A stretch of DNA of 64,000 bases from assembly GCA_965153285.1 (NCBI GenBank), contig OZ229115.1. One strand, given 5' to 3'. The notes beneath the pieces were generated by a model. It did not search any database and was not told the DNA's origin. It worked only from the letters and a program-made list of their open reading frames with translations. This document shows, one piece after another, positions 1-11,610 of the stretch. Numbering within the stretch: position 1 is the first letter of the stretch; the number at the start of each line of letters is the position of its first letter. A program made the translations under genes and the position numbers. The DNA comes from Podarcis tiliguerta. Lineage: Eukaryota.

Positions 1-1025
1 GGTCTAAGCCTAGTTTCAAGACTAAATCAGCCTTGGTTGACCTGATGGATTACCTTTATCATGATATAGTGGGAGGGCAACCTTGTTACTCACTTGATGA
101 GGGCTGATGCACTGAATTTGAATCCTGGGAAGACAGGGTGGATAGGTGGTTCCATGTCTGGAAGATAGGGCCGTTGCCTGTTATGGTTGGGATTGCACTC
201 TAAAGGAGCAGGTACACAGCTTGAGGGTTCTCCCAAGTATGTATTTGTCATTTCAAACCTGTTAGAGCACGGGTTCTGAAACTTAGGTCTCTGGCTGGTT
301 TTGGACTACAGCTGCCATCATCCCTGGCCACTGCTCCTACTAGCTAGGGTTGATGGGAGTTGTAGTCCAAAAACAGCCGGAGACCCAAGTTTCAGAAACC
401 CTGCATTAGAGGATACATCTTTGTGTTATTACAGCCTCTGTAACGAGAGAGGAAAACCGGGATATAAATTTCCTAAATAATAAATAAGCAAGTGACCTCT
501 GTGGTTATAGGTGTGCCTTTTACTGGCTTCATCCAGTACACAAGCTAACAGCTGTATCTGGATCGGGTCAGCCTAGCCACTGTAGTTCACAAATTGGTAA
601 TCTTGAGACTGTATTTCTGCAATATGCTGCATGTAGGACTGCCCTTGGGCCTAGTCCAGAAATTCCTGGGGTGCAGAATGGAGGCAGATGGCCGACTGCA
701 TGTGACACCTCTGCTAAAACATCTGCATTGGCTACCCACATGCTTCCAGGCATGTTACAGAGAGCCCTGACTGGACTCAGCTGGAAGCTGAGCATGCCGT
801 GTTGCTGGTCCCATCCTGTGGAACACTCCTCGAGCTTGTTAGGCTTTCAAATTTTGAAGACCTGTGCATCTGCTTAATTTTTGGGGTTATCAGCCAGTCA
901 TTTTCATGATTATTTTGAAAGGGTTTTTAATGGTGTTTCATATTGCATGGTGGACATTTTGTTGTACATCGGCCTGATATTTTACGAGATGGGTGGCAGC
1001 ATGTAAATACTTTGATAAATAACAA
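1..1025 (+). mobile_element. Decayed L2 LINE 3' fragment, interrupted by a MITE
   Basis: Degenerate L2 RT/C-terminal motifs (ctaaaggagcaggtacacagcttgagggttctc, resembling LKEQVRSLGV; gccactgtagttcac...tgcaatatgctgcatgtaggactgccc, resembling ATVVH...CN.L.VGLP), then a T-rich 3' region; many frameshifts. Confidence 0.6.
268..403. mobile_element. Palindromic hAT-type MITE
   Basis: Inverted ends cacgggttctgaaact / agtttcagaaaccctg; core ggactaca..ccatca..tgatgggagttgtagtcc; imperfect 8-bp TSD tgttagag/cattagag. Confidence 0.8.
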
Positions 1026-2186
1026 GTAAGTAGCTGGGAAGCTGCCCTGTGGCCCATCAGATCCTCGGTGTCTGAAAGCTGTGGCCTTGGCAGGGCACAT
1101 CCATGTGAAATGACAGCCTGACCTTTACGCCACAGAATATTTTCCCGGCGTGTGCACATGCGCATGCTCTCGCCCTCCCCCGCTCCTCAGGCTCATTTGG
1201 CAGCTTTGTGCGGCTGCAGCTGGGAATGCCAGCGTGTGTGTCATGGTCTGATAGTGACATGCCTCGTGGGCTGTTGGGCCGAAGGCTGAATGCATCGAAG
1301 AGTTAACTGCTGCCAACACATTTCCTTACTAAATGGTTCTGTGCATCCTGGAGGGTGCCTGTGGCGAGTGTAGATATTTTTAAGAAATTAAATATGCAGC
1401 TTGAAGGGGAGGAAAGGAAAAGGCATTTACTTAACGCAGAAATAACCCCTCCGATTAGGCTATACTGGAGGAAAGGAGTTCCAGATGGCTGAATAATTTG
1501 TATTCTGAATTATCGGCAGAAATAAACGCCCAAGAACAACAAAGCAATTTGCAGATTAGAAGGTGGTTCTTGCTGTTTGCTTTATCCTGACCAAGACCAC
1601 CTGGGTGTGTGCACCATTCCGTTCCATGGAGAAACTGGCAGTTCCATCCATTGAAGTGAATGGGGAAGCTCTTTAGAGTAAAGGAGTGCACCCATCAGAG
1701 AACCCCTCTGCCCACAGTGAATGTATGTGTTGGGCCAATGATCTTCTGTGGGGCCTTTCTAAAAAAAACAGACATTTGCCTGCGTTTGCCTCTCGTTCTC
1801 TCTCTTTGGCAAGAGCATCAGAGCATCAGTTAAGTAGCCTGGATGTATAACAGACTACAGGGTACAATCCAGCCAAAGTTAAGCACTTTTATGTCTCATG
1901 GAGTTCAATGGGAGAGATTCAATCATGTTGCCCAGGTGAGTGGAAGAGCAACGCAACTGGATCCAGCCCCCTCACTTCTTACCAAACAGCTGATCAACTG
2001 TTAATGATTAAGTGAATTCCATCTAAACAGCTGCACACACAGAGAGCCAAAACACGGAGCTGTTAATTTCACAGCACACAAACATAATTCTGTGATAACA
2101 GAAAACAGAAAAAGATAATCGCCCAATCTAGTTATACACACGCAGCCGCTGTCAAATAATGCAGAGTAATATGCACGTTTCCATAG

Positions 2187-2357
2187 GAATTGCAGCCATG
2201 CTTCTGAACTCCAACCCTGACCTGTCCATCTCCGAGTTGAGGCAGAAGCTGATCCACTTCTCCAGAAAAAACCTCATCAATGAGGCTTGGTTTCCAGAAG
2301 ACCAGAGGCTACTAACTCCAAACAGGGTAGCTGGGCTTCCCTCCAAACTGGTAGCAG
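2187..2357 (+). CDS. PCSK9: PCSK9 exon 8 (end of catalytic domain and hinge)
   Basis: ccatag|GA ATT..GCA G|gtgagt; [52 protein letters not shown]. Confidence 0.95.
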
Positions 2358-2620
2358 GTGAGTGATCCTTATTCTCATTGGCTTCATGCTTTTGTAGAAG
2401 AGCTTTGACAGGCCATGACAAGGGTCCATTTGACGATCCCCTCCCCTCCCCCTGCCTTCCAAAATGCCACTTTTCCAGCTCAACAGTGGTTCCCAAGCAC
2501 CTCCCTGAGATAGGTCTCGTGAATGCGTGTGTGTTCTCCAGTTGGCTGGGCCAGGGAAAGAGCTGCACTCTGTGGGGCACTGCTAGGCACCTCTAATGGC
2601 CACGAGCCACTTCCTTTCAG

Positions 2621-2769
2621 ATGAGCAGCTGTACTGTCGTTCCGTGTGGTCTTCCCTCTCGGGGTCAACCAGCAAGTCGATAGCTGCCGCCCGCTGCAAC
2701 AGCAACGAAGAAATGTTCAGCTGCTCAAGCTTATCGAAGAATGGCAAGCGGCGAGGCGAGCGCATGGAG
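2621..2769 (+). CDS. PCSK9: PCSK9 exon 9
   Basis: tttcag|AT GAG..ATG GAG|gtgatg; EQLYCRSVWS...RRGERME; 149 nt. Confidence 0.95.
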
Positions 2770-2899
2770 GTGATGTTCTGTGGGGGGCAAGGCTATATTT
2801 TGGAGTTGCTGTTTGACATGCAGACACAAGCTTTTCAGTGGGTTATGGAGGCTTGCTGGCACTTCCCTGTGTCTCACTGCTGTGCTTTCCAAATTCCAG

Positions 2900-3080
2900 G
2901 ATTACGGAGGCAAGAAGGAGTGCGTGGCTCATAATCGATTTGGGGGCCAAGGCGTCTATGCCATTGCCAGGTGCTGCATTTGGCCCAAAGCCGACTGCCA
3001 GGTTCATGCCCACTCGCAGACTGCAGAGGGCACAGCACTGCAGAGTGTCAGCTGCACCAAGGACGGCCATGTATTGACAG
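2900..3080 (+). CDS. PCSK9: PCSK9 exon 10
   Basis: ttccag|GAT..ACA G|gtacgt; DYGGKKECVAHNRFGGQGVYAIARCC...GHVLT. Confidence 0.95.
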
Positions 3081-3418
3081 GTACGTGACGACAGCTATGA
3101 TGGATGCAATCCATATTGTCATGCCAAAGCATCTTTCCCAGGTGGGCTCTGAGTCACCAAGGAAGGTTCCGTGCAGGGAAGAGGACTCCCTTACTGGACC
3201 CAGACTTATGTGGCCAATAATGTGTTGTGGCACACTTGCAGATCTTATAGTTTGATGCACCCATAGCCCCATCAGCATTGCACTGTGTGGGTTGGGATGG
3301 GCTTTCCCACCTGCCATCTTGGGACCACTGTGCGACATTTGCAAGCAACTCTTTCTGGGCTTGCGTAGTTTGCACAATTAATAACTACCGGTAATGAAAA
3401 TGGAAGAGTTTATAAGTA

Positions 3419-3659
3419 CAGTCGTACCTTGGATGCTAAACGCCTTGGTACTTGGACATTTTGGCTCCCGAATGCTGCAAACCTGGAAGTGAGTGTTCCA
3501 GTTTTCAAACCTTCTTTGGAACCAGAATGTCTGACGGGGCATCCGATTGGCTGCTGAAGCTTCCGGCAGCTAATCAGAAGCACCACTTTGGTTTCCGAAC
3601 ATTTTGGAAGTTGAACAGACTTCCGGAATGGATTCCATTCGACTTCCAAGGTACAACTG
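3419..3659 (+). mobile_element. Tc1/mariner (Tigger/pogo-like) non-autonomous MITE
   Basis: TA|CAGTCGTACCTTGG ... CCAAGGTACAACTG|TA; related copy at 29234-29422. Confidence 0.8.
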
Positions 3660-4278
3660 TATTTGCACTTGGGGAATTCTTCAAAGCTGGATAGAATTTA
3701 TTTGGAAATGGACTAACACCTTTCTCTAAACTCACACAAGCAGAGTTTATTTTTTTTAAAGCAGCGGGAAAGTCAAGTACTGGTCAAGGATCCTTAAAAC
3801 AGCATGTAAACCTATTGCATGGTCATGGCAACATCCGCACACATTGCTTATGCATGCACAATGCCCATGAGCAGTACAGTGCATGCACACCCAAGTGGGC
3901 AAAACAGCTTGTGGAAACAGGCCTTTCAGTAGGTCTGAACAGACAAGGCTGTATCCCACACTACTGCTTGGTCTTTTCAAGGACAGCAAATTGGGTGATT
4001 TGGGTTTATATTTGGGTTCTTGCAAACGACAACATGTGGTAGGATGATGATGTGAATTGGAGTGGGTGGGGACAGACAAGCAGAATGTGATGCTGATGCA
4101 GAAACCTCTTCCATACCCCAGCTAATTTCTGACCTGCAATATAAACCAAAGCAAACAGAACAAACAAAAATGGAGATTCCCAATGTGAACATTCCAAATC
4201 AACTTGTACCCATGATTGCATTCATCTACACACACCCGTGTCACTGAGCATATACCCTAATATGATCTAAACTGGCAG

Positions 4279-4460
4279 GTTGCAGCTCTCATTCTCTGGC
4301 TGGAGATTTCAGTGACAGCATCAGACCTGAACTGGGGACAGAAAGCCATCGTGACCAGTGTGTTGGCCGGGCAGGTGCAACCGTGCATGCTTCCTGCTGC
4401 CATGTGCCCAGCCTAGAGTGCAAGGTGCAGGAATACTCTTCTCTGGAGCACACAGCAAAG
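4279..4460 (+). CDS. PCSK9: PCSK9 exon 11
   Basis: ggcag|GT TGC..AAG|gtatgt; CSSHSLAGDF...QCVGRAGATVHASCCHVPSLECKVQEY; 182 nt. Confidence 0.93.
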
Positions 4461-4918
4461 GTATGTGGGTGTCGTTCCTTTAGGGCATGAGTCACCAACC
4501 ATTGTGGGTCCATGGGCTCATTTGCAACCTGGAGAAGCATGCACCCCACAACTTACTCTGCTGGCTATGACAGACAGCTTCTTTCAAGCCTAACTTCAAC
4601 CTCTGGCAGAGTTTAATCACTTTTGGGCCTCAAGTGGAGGCCACTTGCCATATGATTACTGGAATTTGCTCCATGCCCAAGCTGACTAAGAGACCACGAG
4701 ACCCTTCTGCACAATGATCTTGTGGTCTTTTAGCTGCAAGTCCATTTCTTTGGGCAGGGATACTTGAACCAGGCGCAGTGGCAGCAGGGTTGTGGGATTC
4801 TCTGTATAAGAGGCTGCAAGGGAGAATGAATAGACTTATTTGGGGATGCCACCTTTGGGGCTGCCTTATCTAGAGGTTTTCATCTTTGTCGGTGTTAACC
4901 TTGCCTTCTCCATCACAG

Positions 4919-5116
4919 GTGATGGTGACTTGCGATGATGGCTGGACTTTGACAGGATGCAGTGCCCAGGCCCATGGCCCCAACACACTTGGGGCGTATT
5001 CTGTGGACAACACGTGCGTTGTCCTGAGCAGCCCAAGGGGCAAAGGAGCAGCAGCTCTGGCCATCTGTTGCAGAAAGAGACTCTTGGAAGATAAGCATGG
5101 TTCCAATTATAAGTGA
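4919..5116 (+). CDS. PCSK9: PCSK9 exon 12, coding part to TGA
   Basis: tcacag|GTG ATG GTG; VMVTCDDGWTLTGCS...GAYSVDNTCVV...AICCRKRLLEDKHGSNYK*. Confidence 0.95.
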   Translation: MMVTCDDGWTLTGCSAQAHGPNTLGAYSVDNTCVVLSSPRGKGAAALAICCRKRLLEDKHGSNYK

Positions 5117-6288
5117 CAGACCTCTTCCCACCCCACCCTTTACTATCTATCCCTGGAACTACTGTGTTAAGACCACACCCCCATAACATCACCCTAGTGA
5201 AGAAGATATTCTTCCAGGTGGGACTCTAGAAAGCATTTGGGGTGACCTTAGTAGAATGCTCTGAGTTTACCAGTTTGCCAATAGTACCACCATCTTCACT
5301 ATGGGGAGATGGTTCTAGTGATGCCCTCTCAGTAATACCAATTGAGATGCATCCACAGAATGATGTTGACAGTAGGTTAGTCAATACTTCCCCTATCTGC
5401 CTTTTATATGTATGGCCAGCCACTTCCAGCCCTTGAGGATGTGTGACAGCATCGGCTCCTTCCAAGTTTCTTCTTGTCCCAAAACTGCAGGGTAGCCAAC
5501 CATACTCCTTATTGATGTGAACCACCCAGGGTGGTTTCATGAAAACAGCATGGATTGGGCAGTGCTCTGGGCTCAAAGTGGCATTAATGCACATACATGC
5601 ATTCACTTAATGTGTTTGACTTCTATGATTTTTGAAGAACTGTTCAGTATTTCTTCAAAAGCTGGGGATAAAGAAGAAGAATGGGAGCTTTGGAGAGGAC
5701 AACAGGTTTTTGTGGGACCTCAACCCCTTCATGGTGTCTGAGGTGTAACCAGCAACTCCCCTTTTGCAGTCATTAGCAGCTTTTGAACTAAATGTTGAGT
5801 ATCCCCCTTAAGACATTTAATCTGGTGGCTGAAGCAGGATTTTGGATGGATATAATCAACTAAGTAACTGCATGGGAGCTTATGCAGTGGGACTGCCCCT
5901 CCTCCATATGTGCCCTGTGGTGCCCCCAAATCTACTGCAGAGGGCTGAGGGAACTCTCAGAAGAGATATAGGGTGCGGGGCAGGGGGGAAGGCGGCCCCA
6001 TTATGCAAACGGAAGCTGTTCCACTCGCGCAATAAGTTTCCAAGACTCCATGTCATGCATTGTATGCTCAGCTTCTCCCCCTCAAAGGGGTCATTCCTTG
6101 TTTTAAAAAACCATTTACTATGTTAAGTAGCATTGTACCTATCAGGCCAGTCTTGTTTTGTAAACGTTTTGTTTTCACCTTCTCTCCCCAGCAAACATGG
6201 TTAACAAGGTTACTTGTCCAAGACAGAGTAGGAAAATAAGGTTAGTCCAGAAGACCCTCTCCTGGGATTCTTAAGCCATAACCTTTTA

Positions 6289-6407
6289 CAGGAGGGAAGG
6301 GGAGCCTGTGGTCCTCCAGTTGTTGCTGGACCTACAACCCCCATCTTTCCTGACCACTGGCCATGCAACTGGGGAGTCTTGGGAGGTCCACAGGTCCCCC
6401 ACCCCTG
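6289..6407. mobile_element. Degenerate hAT-type MITE in the presumed PCSK9 3' UTR
   Basis: cagga..ggggagcctgtggtcctcc / ggaggtccacaggtccccacccctg inverted ends; core ctacaacccccatc. Confidence 0.6.
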
Positions 6408-7425
6408 CCTAAGCACAGAGAAAAAGTTCCAGTGCCTAAAAAGTCTCTCCTGTGTTAAGGCTGAGGGATCTCAGTATCTTGATGTGGTTTAGCAAAGATT
6501 GGGGGAGTCTTCATGCCCATGGAGGGGCAGCATTCAGCTCATACAAACACACCCCTGCATTCCTTCAATATTTCAAGTTCTAAAGTGCCTTACAGACCCC
6601 ATTTGCAATAATTAACAGAGAGCTTTGCAAATTTAAAACCCTCCTCCCTGAAAACAGGGAGTAGTCAGGATGACTTCTGATGCTGCCTTCTAACCTAGAA
6701 ATGCCCCATCTACTGTGATCCCATGTTAAGGCGGCCATATTTAATTGGCCACTGTTGCCCCTACCTGTAATTGTGGAAGGCACTGCAAAAGTCATCAGCT
6801 GAGGTAGAGGGAACAGTTCAGATTTCATTGTTGGCCTCCAAGAATACCACTGAGTTGTTGAAGAACATTTCTTTAGATAAAAGTACCCAAAGCACTTAAG
6901 ATTCAGGAGACCATGAACTATTATTGGCCATAAACCACACATGAGATACTGTGAAGTCAAGCACACTGTCAGCAATTTAGGCCAAATAGTTTGGTTTACT
7001 GATAAAGCACTTGGTAGCTACAATTTTAATTTTTGTTTTAAGCAGGCACAAGTCCTTCCCTCCTTTGGGTTTTTAGTCAAGTTTCCCAACTGCTTACATA
7101 ATCAAAACTTTATCTGTTGATGTATGTTGAAATAGTATGTTAAAAATACTCTGACAGACCAATCCTTCCCTGTTTTCTCAGAAGCGAGGCTTACTTTCCA
7201 GGTAAGTCTGCATAGGGCTGCAGTCTAAACAGCTTTTTCATGAGTAATGTAGACAGCATGTTATACTTTGTAAGTGTTTTTGAACTAACACACATATTAA
7301 CTACTGTAATTGATAGGTGCTTAATGTAAAGAAAAGCTTTCCTCGTGCTGTGGGTTTTACATTTTTATCTGGAAACTATTTATTCTGTTTTATATAAAAC
7401 ATTTTATAATGCCATCTTTTTTTGG

Positions 7426-7431
7426 AATAAA
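7426..7431 (+). promoter_or_regulatory. Candidate PCSK9 polyadenylation signal
   Basis: AATAAA after a U-rich tract, with U-rich sequence downstream. Confidence 0.45.
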
Positions 7432-7784
7432 GTTTCATATGAATTTTCTTGGGAACGCATAACTGTGTAGCCTCCGCTTAAGCAGAATATTAACTACAGG
7501 TAACACAACTTACGCACATTTAACTTGTGTGCATTCAGCTTGGCTTTTTTAAAAAAAACCCTGGCAGTCCTGCCAACCATTTGCACCCAATGTGTTTTGA
7601 CTAGATGCATTCTTTTTGTTAGACAGCTACCTGACATGACAAAGGTACAGATTTCTGCTAGTCTTCAGTGGAAATCTGAAGTATAGGGCAATTTCCTGAG
7701 TAAAACACCAGCAAAATGACATCTGACCTCTTTTCACAACCTAATGATCAGACTGGTCCTTTTTTGTGTGTGAGAGGAATAAAC

Positions 7785-7790
7785 TTTATT
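7785..7790 (-). promoter_or_regulatory. Candidate USP24 distal polyadenylation signal
   Basis: TTTATT on + (AATAAA on -) at the end of about 2.3 kb of AU-rich UTR-like sequence with no recognised repeats. Confidence 0.5.
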
Positions 7791-9385
7791 CCATTGACCA
7801 GGATTTCCCCCCATGAGAACTGCCTTTTCTTTTCCAGTACCAAGTGCCTTAGGAATTAGTTGGACAAATCCACACACAGCTAAGAGTGCACAGTTGAATC
7901 GCAGCTGCCACCCCACCCCATAGAACATTCCATTAAACATATATCATATCCATTTTTCATCCAAAAAGACTGGCAGTAAAAGTGATCACAACATAGAAAC
8001 ATGTCACAATTTACACAGCAAACTAGATTTGTTGCATTTGGTTTTTTTAAAAAAATATTCTTCAGCAGATTCAAGTGATAGCAGCCAGAAATCAATAATC
8101 AACCAATTGTTGTAGTTGAAAACGGTAACCATCAACTCTGTACAAGCAGAAAGAGGACCAGAAAACAGCCTGCAATAATGTTATAATGTATGGTGGTAAA
8201 ACAGAACATTCCTGGGGTTGAACGTTCTGTTTCAGTCTGAAAAGAGACCATCTTTTCCATAGGAAATGATGGAAGCGCCAATGCCTTTGGACAAACAGGA
8301 GTGATACTTTTTAATATCACCTCTGTTAACACTCGCTTCTGGTTCAACTTAAAAGTGAAGATAGGTGCTGCAATAAAAATGGGGTGGGGCATCAAAATTT
8401 ATTCAAAATTTTAAAACACCACATTTAAAATTTTGGAGGCTTTTGATAAAATATCTGAATTCTGCCACATTTCAAAGAAGACATGTGTCTTGAGAAAAGC
8501 AAATTCAACTGAAATGTCATTGTTTTGCACATGCAGTGTTACCAGCACGACTCCTTTGACTCAAAACACATGGCAGAGAATTCCAGCTGGAAGATGTATA
8601 GCTGTTTCCTTCAGCAGTGAAGTGACCTGTAATATTCACAACCAGTGCACAACTGTGAAGAAAGCTATTGTGTCAGATCAGGTTTTGCAATAGTACATAA
8701 AAGTGAAAAGAAAAAAGAGGCACTTTTTGGCTGTTTGTGCCTTTGACTTGGCAAACCTTTCTACAGTGGAGGTAACCCAGGCACTCTACAACTTCCCCTC
8801 AATTCATGTGCACGGTGCATTTCATTTAAATTAAGGCAAAATCCTTGAACAAAGGCAAAAGCAGTGCAGAAAAAAAATGTGAAAAAACTAAAAATTGGCA
8901 CAGAAGAAGCTAGTACCCAGAGCTGCTAAAGACATCACTTAACTGCATTTCACATGGGAAAACTAAATTGTACCCATGTAGCTCAATTGGTTTCCAGTTA
9001 TTAAGGAACAAATGAACCTGTTGTATTTTCAATGCTGCCTGGCCAAGCAAAACAAAGCCTACAATCTTTGCCTGTGTTATTGTTGTGTTTTTTTTTAAAA
9101 AAAGATTCATATGTCCCCATGTCACTCAAGGAATCATATACAGCCAATTCCAACTCTCAAATTCAAAAGCATAAGCAAATGATTGCAGATCACATCATTA
9201 AGACTACAATTTATTCAATATGTCTCCAAGTGTTAGAATGATGATTTAAGGAGGCAAAACAGCAATAAAATTCTGTCTTAAAGTGCTTTTTTTGTTTTTT
9301 GTTAAACTTACTCATCAACATTTTTTTTAAAAAGATCCACTGATGCCACAATACATAAATGTATTCTTGGAATAAACAAAGCTAC

Positions 9386-9391
9386 TTTATT
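9386..9391 (-). promoter_or_regulatory. Candidate USP24 proximal polyadenylation signal
   Basis: AATAAA on -, followed by U/GU-rich tttatgtattgtgg. Confidence 0.4.
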
Positions 9392-10090
9392 GCTCTTATC
9401 CATTTACTTTTAGCATCAGGGAAAAAAGTTACCAATTTCAGACTTCCTTGTACCAAAACCATTCCATAAGGAATAACCATCCTTACACAAAAGGGCTGCA
9501 AACCCTTTCTGCAAAGCGCTATACAAATGACCTAGGAGACATATTAAATACAAAGGTCCTTGTGTAAACTGATTCTTAACTAATAATTTACAATGCCAAG
9601 TGTAAGTCACACATTTTTACATAATTTTGAATATCACTATTCAATATTTTCAGAAAGATTAAAAATTTGCCCTCCATACCTAAAGGCAGTCAGATTTTTT
9701 TCTTCTTCTGTATAAAAACCGAAAGTTTTTTTTTTTTGCAGCATCACAGAAAAGCAAGTTTTTTTTACATTCACTCATTAAAGGTTCACATAATAAAAAT
9801 TTCAACCACTTGATATTTTTCCTTAAATTGGTAAAATCTTGTGACAGATTTTTAAACTCATGCTTGGACCAGCATCCCACAAGAACCACAAAGGATGCTG
9901 GGAGTTCCCCCACAGCCTGATGCTTAAACTTCTCAGTTGGAGAATCTCTCTTTAGGAAGTAGCATGGCCACTTTTTCTTAGAAAGCTTCACTTCTAAAAG
10001 ATGAAAGCGGTGGGATTTTAACAATATCAGAAAGATGCCAGGGGTTCAATGCTTCCGTTGAACGCTCGTTCTTCAGCTTGCAGCTAACCA

Positions 10091-10153
10091 CTAAGGATCC
10101 ACATCATCAAGGTCACTTTTAGGTTCACCAATCATCATTGGGGACACTGTGCC
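10091..10153 (-). CDS. USP24: USP24 exon 68 (last coding exon, TAG)
   Basis: GTVSPMMIGEPKSDLDDVDP*. Confidence 0.92.
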   Translation of the reverse strand, partial: GTVSPMMIGEPKSDLDDVDP

Positions 10154-11499
10154 CTTTCAAAAACACAAAAGAGTTAGGAAAGCGTATGTACTCTTCCAAG
10201 TATCACATAATGCCTAGCTTTCTGGGGTTTGAAAGCACATTTGGAAATCTGAAGCAGGCAACACAATACACCCATTTCACAGAAGGAATAGGCAGTGCTG
10301 AGACCACTTCTCCCAAATAAAACAGATGCAGATAAAAGCAGGCAACCTCCTCACCAAAACAAGCAAAACGCCCTCCAACCAACAAAAAAAAAGCAAACTA
10401 CCTCCCTCAAAACAAGCAAGCAGGCAACCTTCACGAAACCAAAACAAGCAACTGAACAAAAAAGTGGGTGGGCAAGAAGCATTCTGGTGAAAAGGAGACA
10501 AGATGAAGGTGTGGCTGGATGCATGCCCTTTTATTTCTACCCATGGAAAGTTGGGGGGGGGGGATGCTCTTTAAAAGAGTATTGGGAGGGGCAGTGGGTC
10601 TTAGCTGGTACCAAGTGAAGTGTCTCAAGATGCTATGGAGATCATGGGCAGTACATCATAGACCCCAGGCACTGTGAACTATCACCGCATAGCTGGCAAT
10701 TTAGAACTACTCAGCAATTATTTTGCTGATCTGAATGGCACAAACGTCACCAGGAAGGCGCACTATGGTAAATGTATGCCAAACCAAATTAAGACTCCAA
10801 GATGCTGCTGGTAGAGCTAATTCTTGCCTGAGTTCTTCAAAGTCTGAGAGAGTGAATTTCATCTAAGAAAGTAATGTGCTTAAGAACTCCACTATATTGC
10901 TTAGAAACAGATGCATCTTAGACCAGGCTAGTATCAAACCTATCTTGGCTATATTGTGAAACTGTTCTGTGCCTGTTACCCTAAGTATTTCAGTATTCTG
11001 ATGCTTTGTGCTTGTCACTCTTTGGTGCTAGACTGGCCTGAAGTCAAATCAAGCTGGGCAACAAGGCCTTTGAAACAAAGAACACTGCAAATGGTTTACA
11101 TTTCAGCTTTTGACAGAAGAATGCACAAGCTCAATTCATTTGCACTGGGTGGGGTTTAAAATTAGTTGGAACCATGTGGGGAGCTACTTGCACGAATTAC
11201 TTTCTATATGAAGCCGTCTCTGCAAAACTCTCAAGTCAAGCAACCACTCTCACAGCTTCTTGAACGCATGAATGGGAATTATGGTTGTCTATAGAAAACA
11301 ACCACTATTATAAAACAGGTGAGCTTCTGGGGTGGAATTCGAAAGTTTTCAGCATCAGGTTATGCAAAGCAAGAACGGTGAACGGAAATCAAACCATTTC
11401 CTAAGTATTAGTCACTCAGCTTTGAAGAGGCAATGCCAATTAGGAAGCCGACAGCAGCAAGCATGCAGGTAACGGACTCAGAACAACCTTGCCCTTTAC

Positions 11500-11610
11500 C
11501 TGTGGTAGATGTCTGCCACCATTCTCATTGGCTGGGCTGCTCTCGGATCCATTACTGCTTCCTGATTGATCCTTCTCATTCAGCAGCGCTGTGGCATATG
11601 CCAGCGTGTC
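11500..11610 (-). CDS. USP24: USP24 exon 67
   Basis: DTLAYATALLNEKDQSGSSNGSESSPANENGGRHLPQ; AG/GT. Confidence 0.93.

Larger units (their letters stand above)
2187..5116 (+). other. PCSK9: PCSK9 (proprotein convertase subtilisin/kexin type 9), 3' part: exons 8-12
   Basis: Five GT-AG exons join in frame to give GIAAMLL...[19 protein letters not shown]...CSSLSKNGKRRGERME...GVYAIARCC...HASCCH...GAYSVDNTCVV...AICC; convergent with USP24. Confidence 0.97.
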
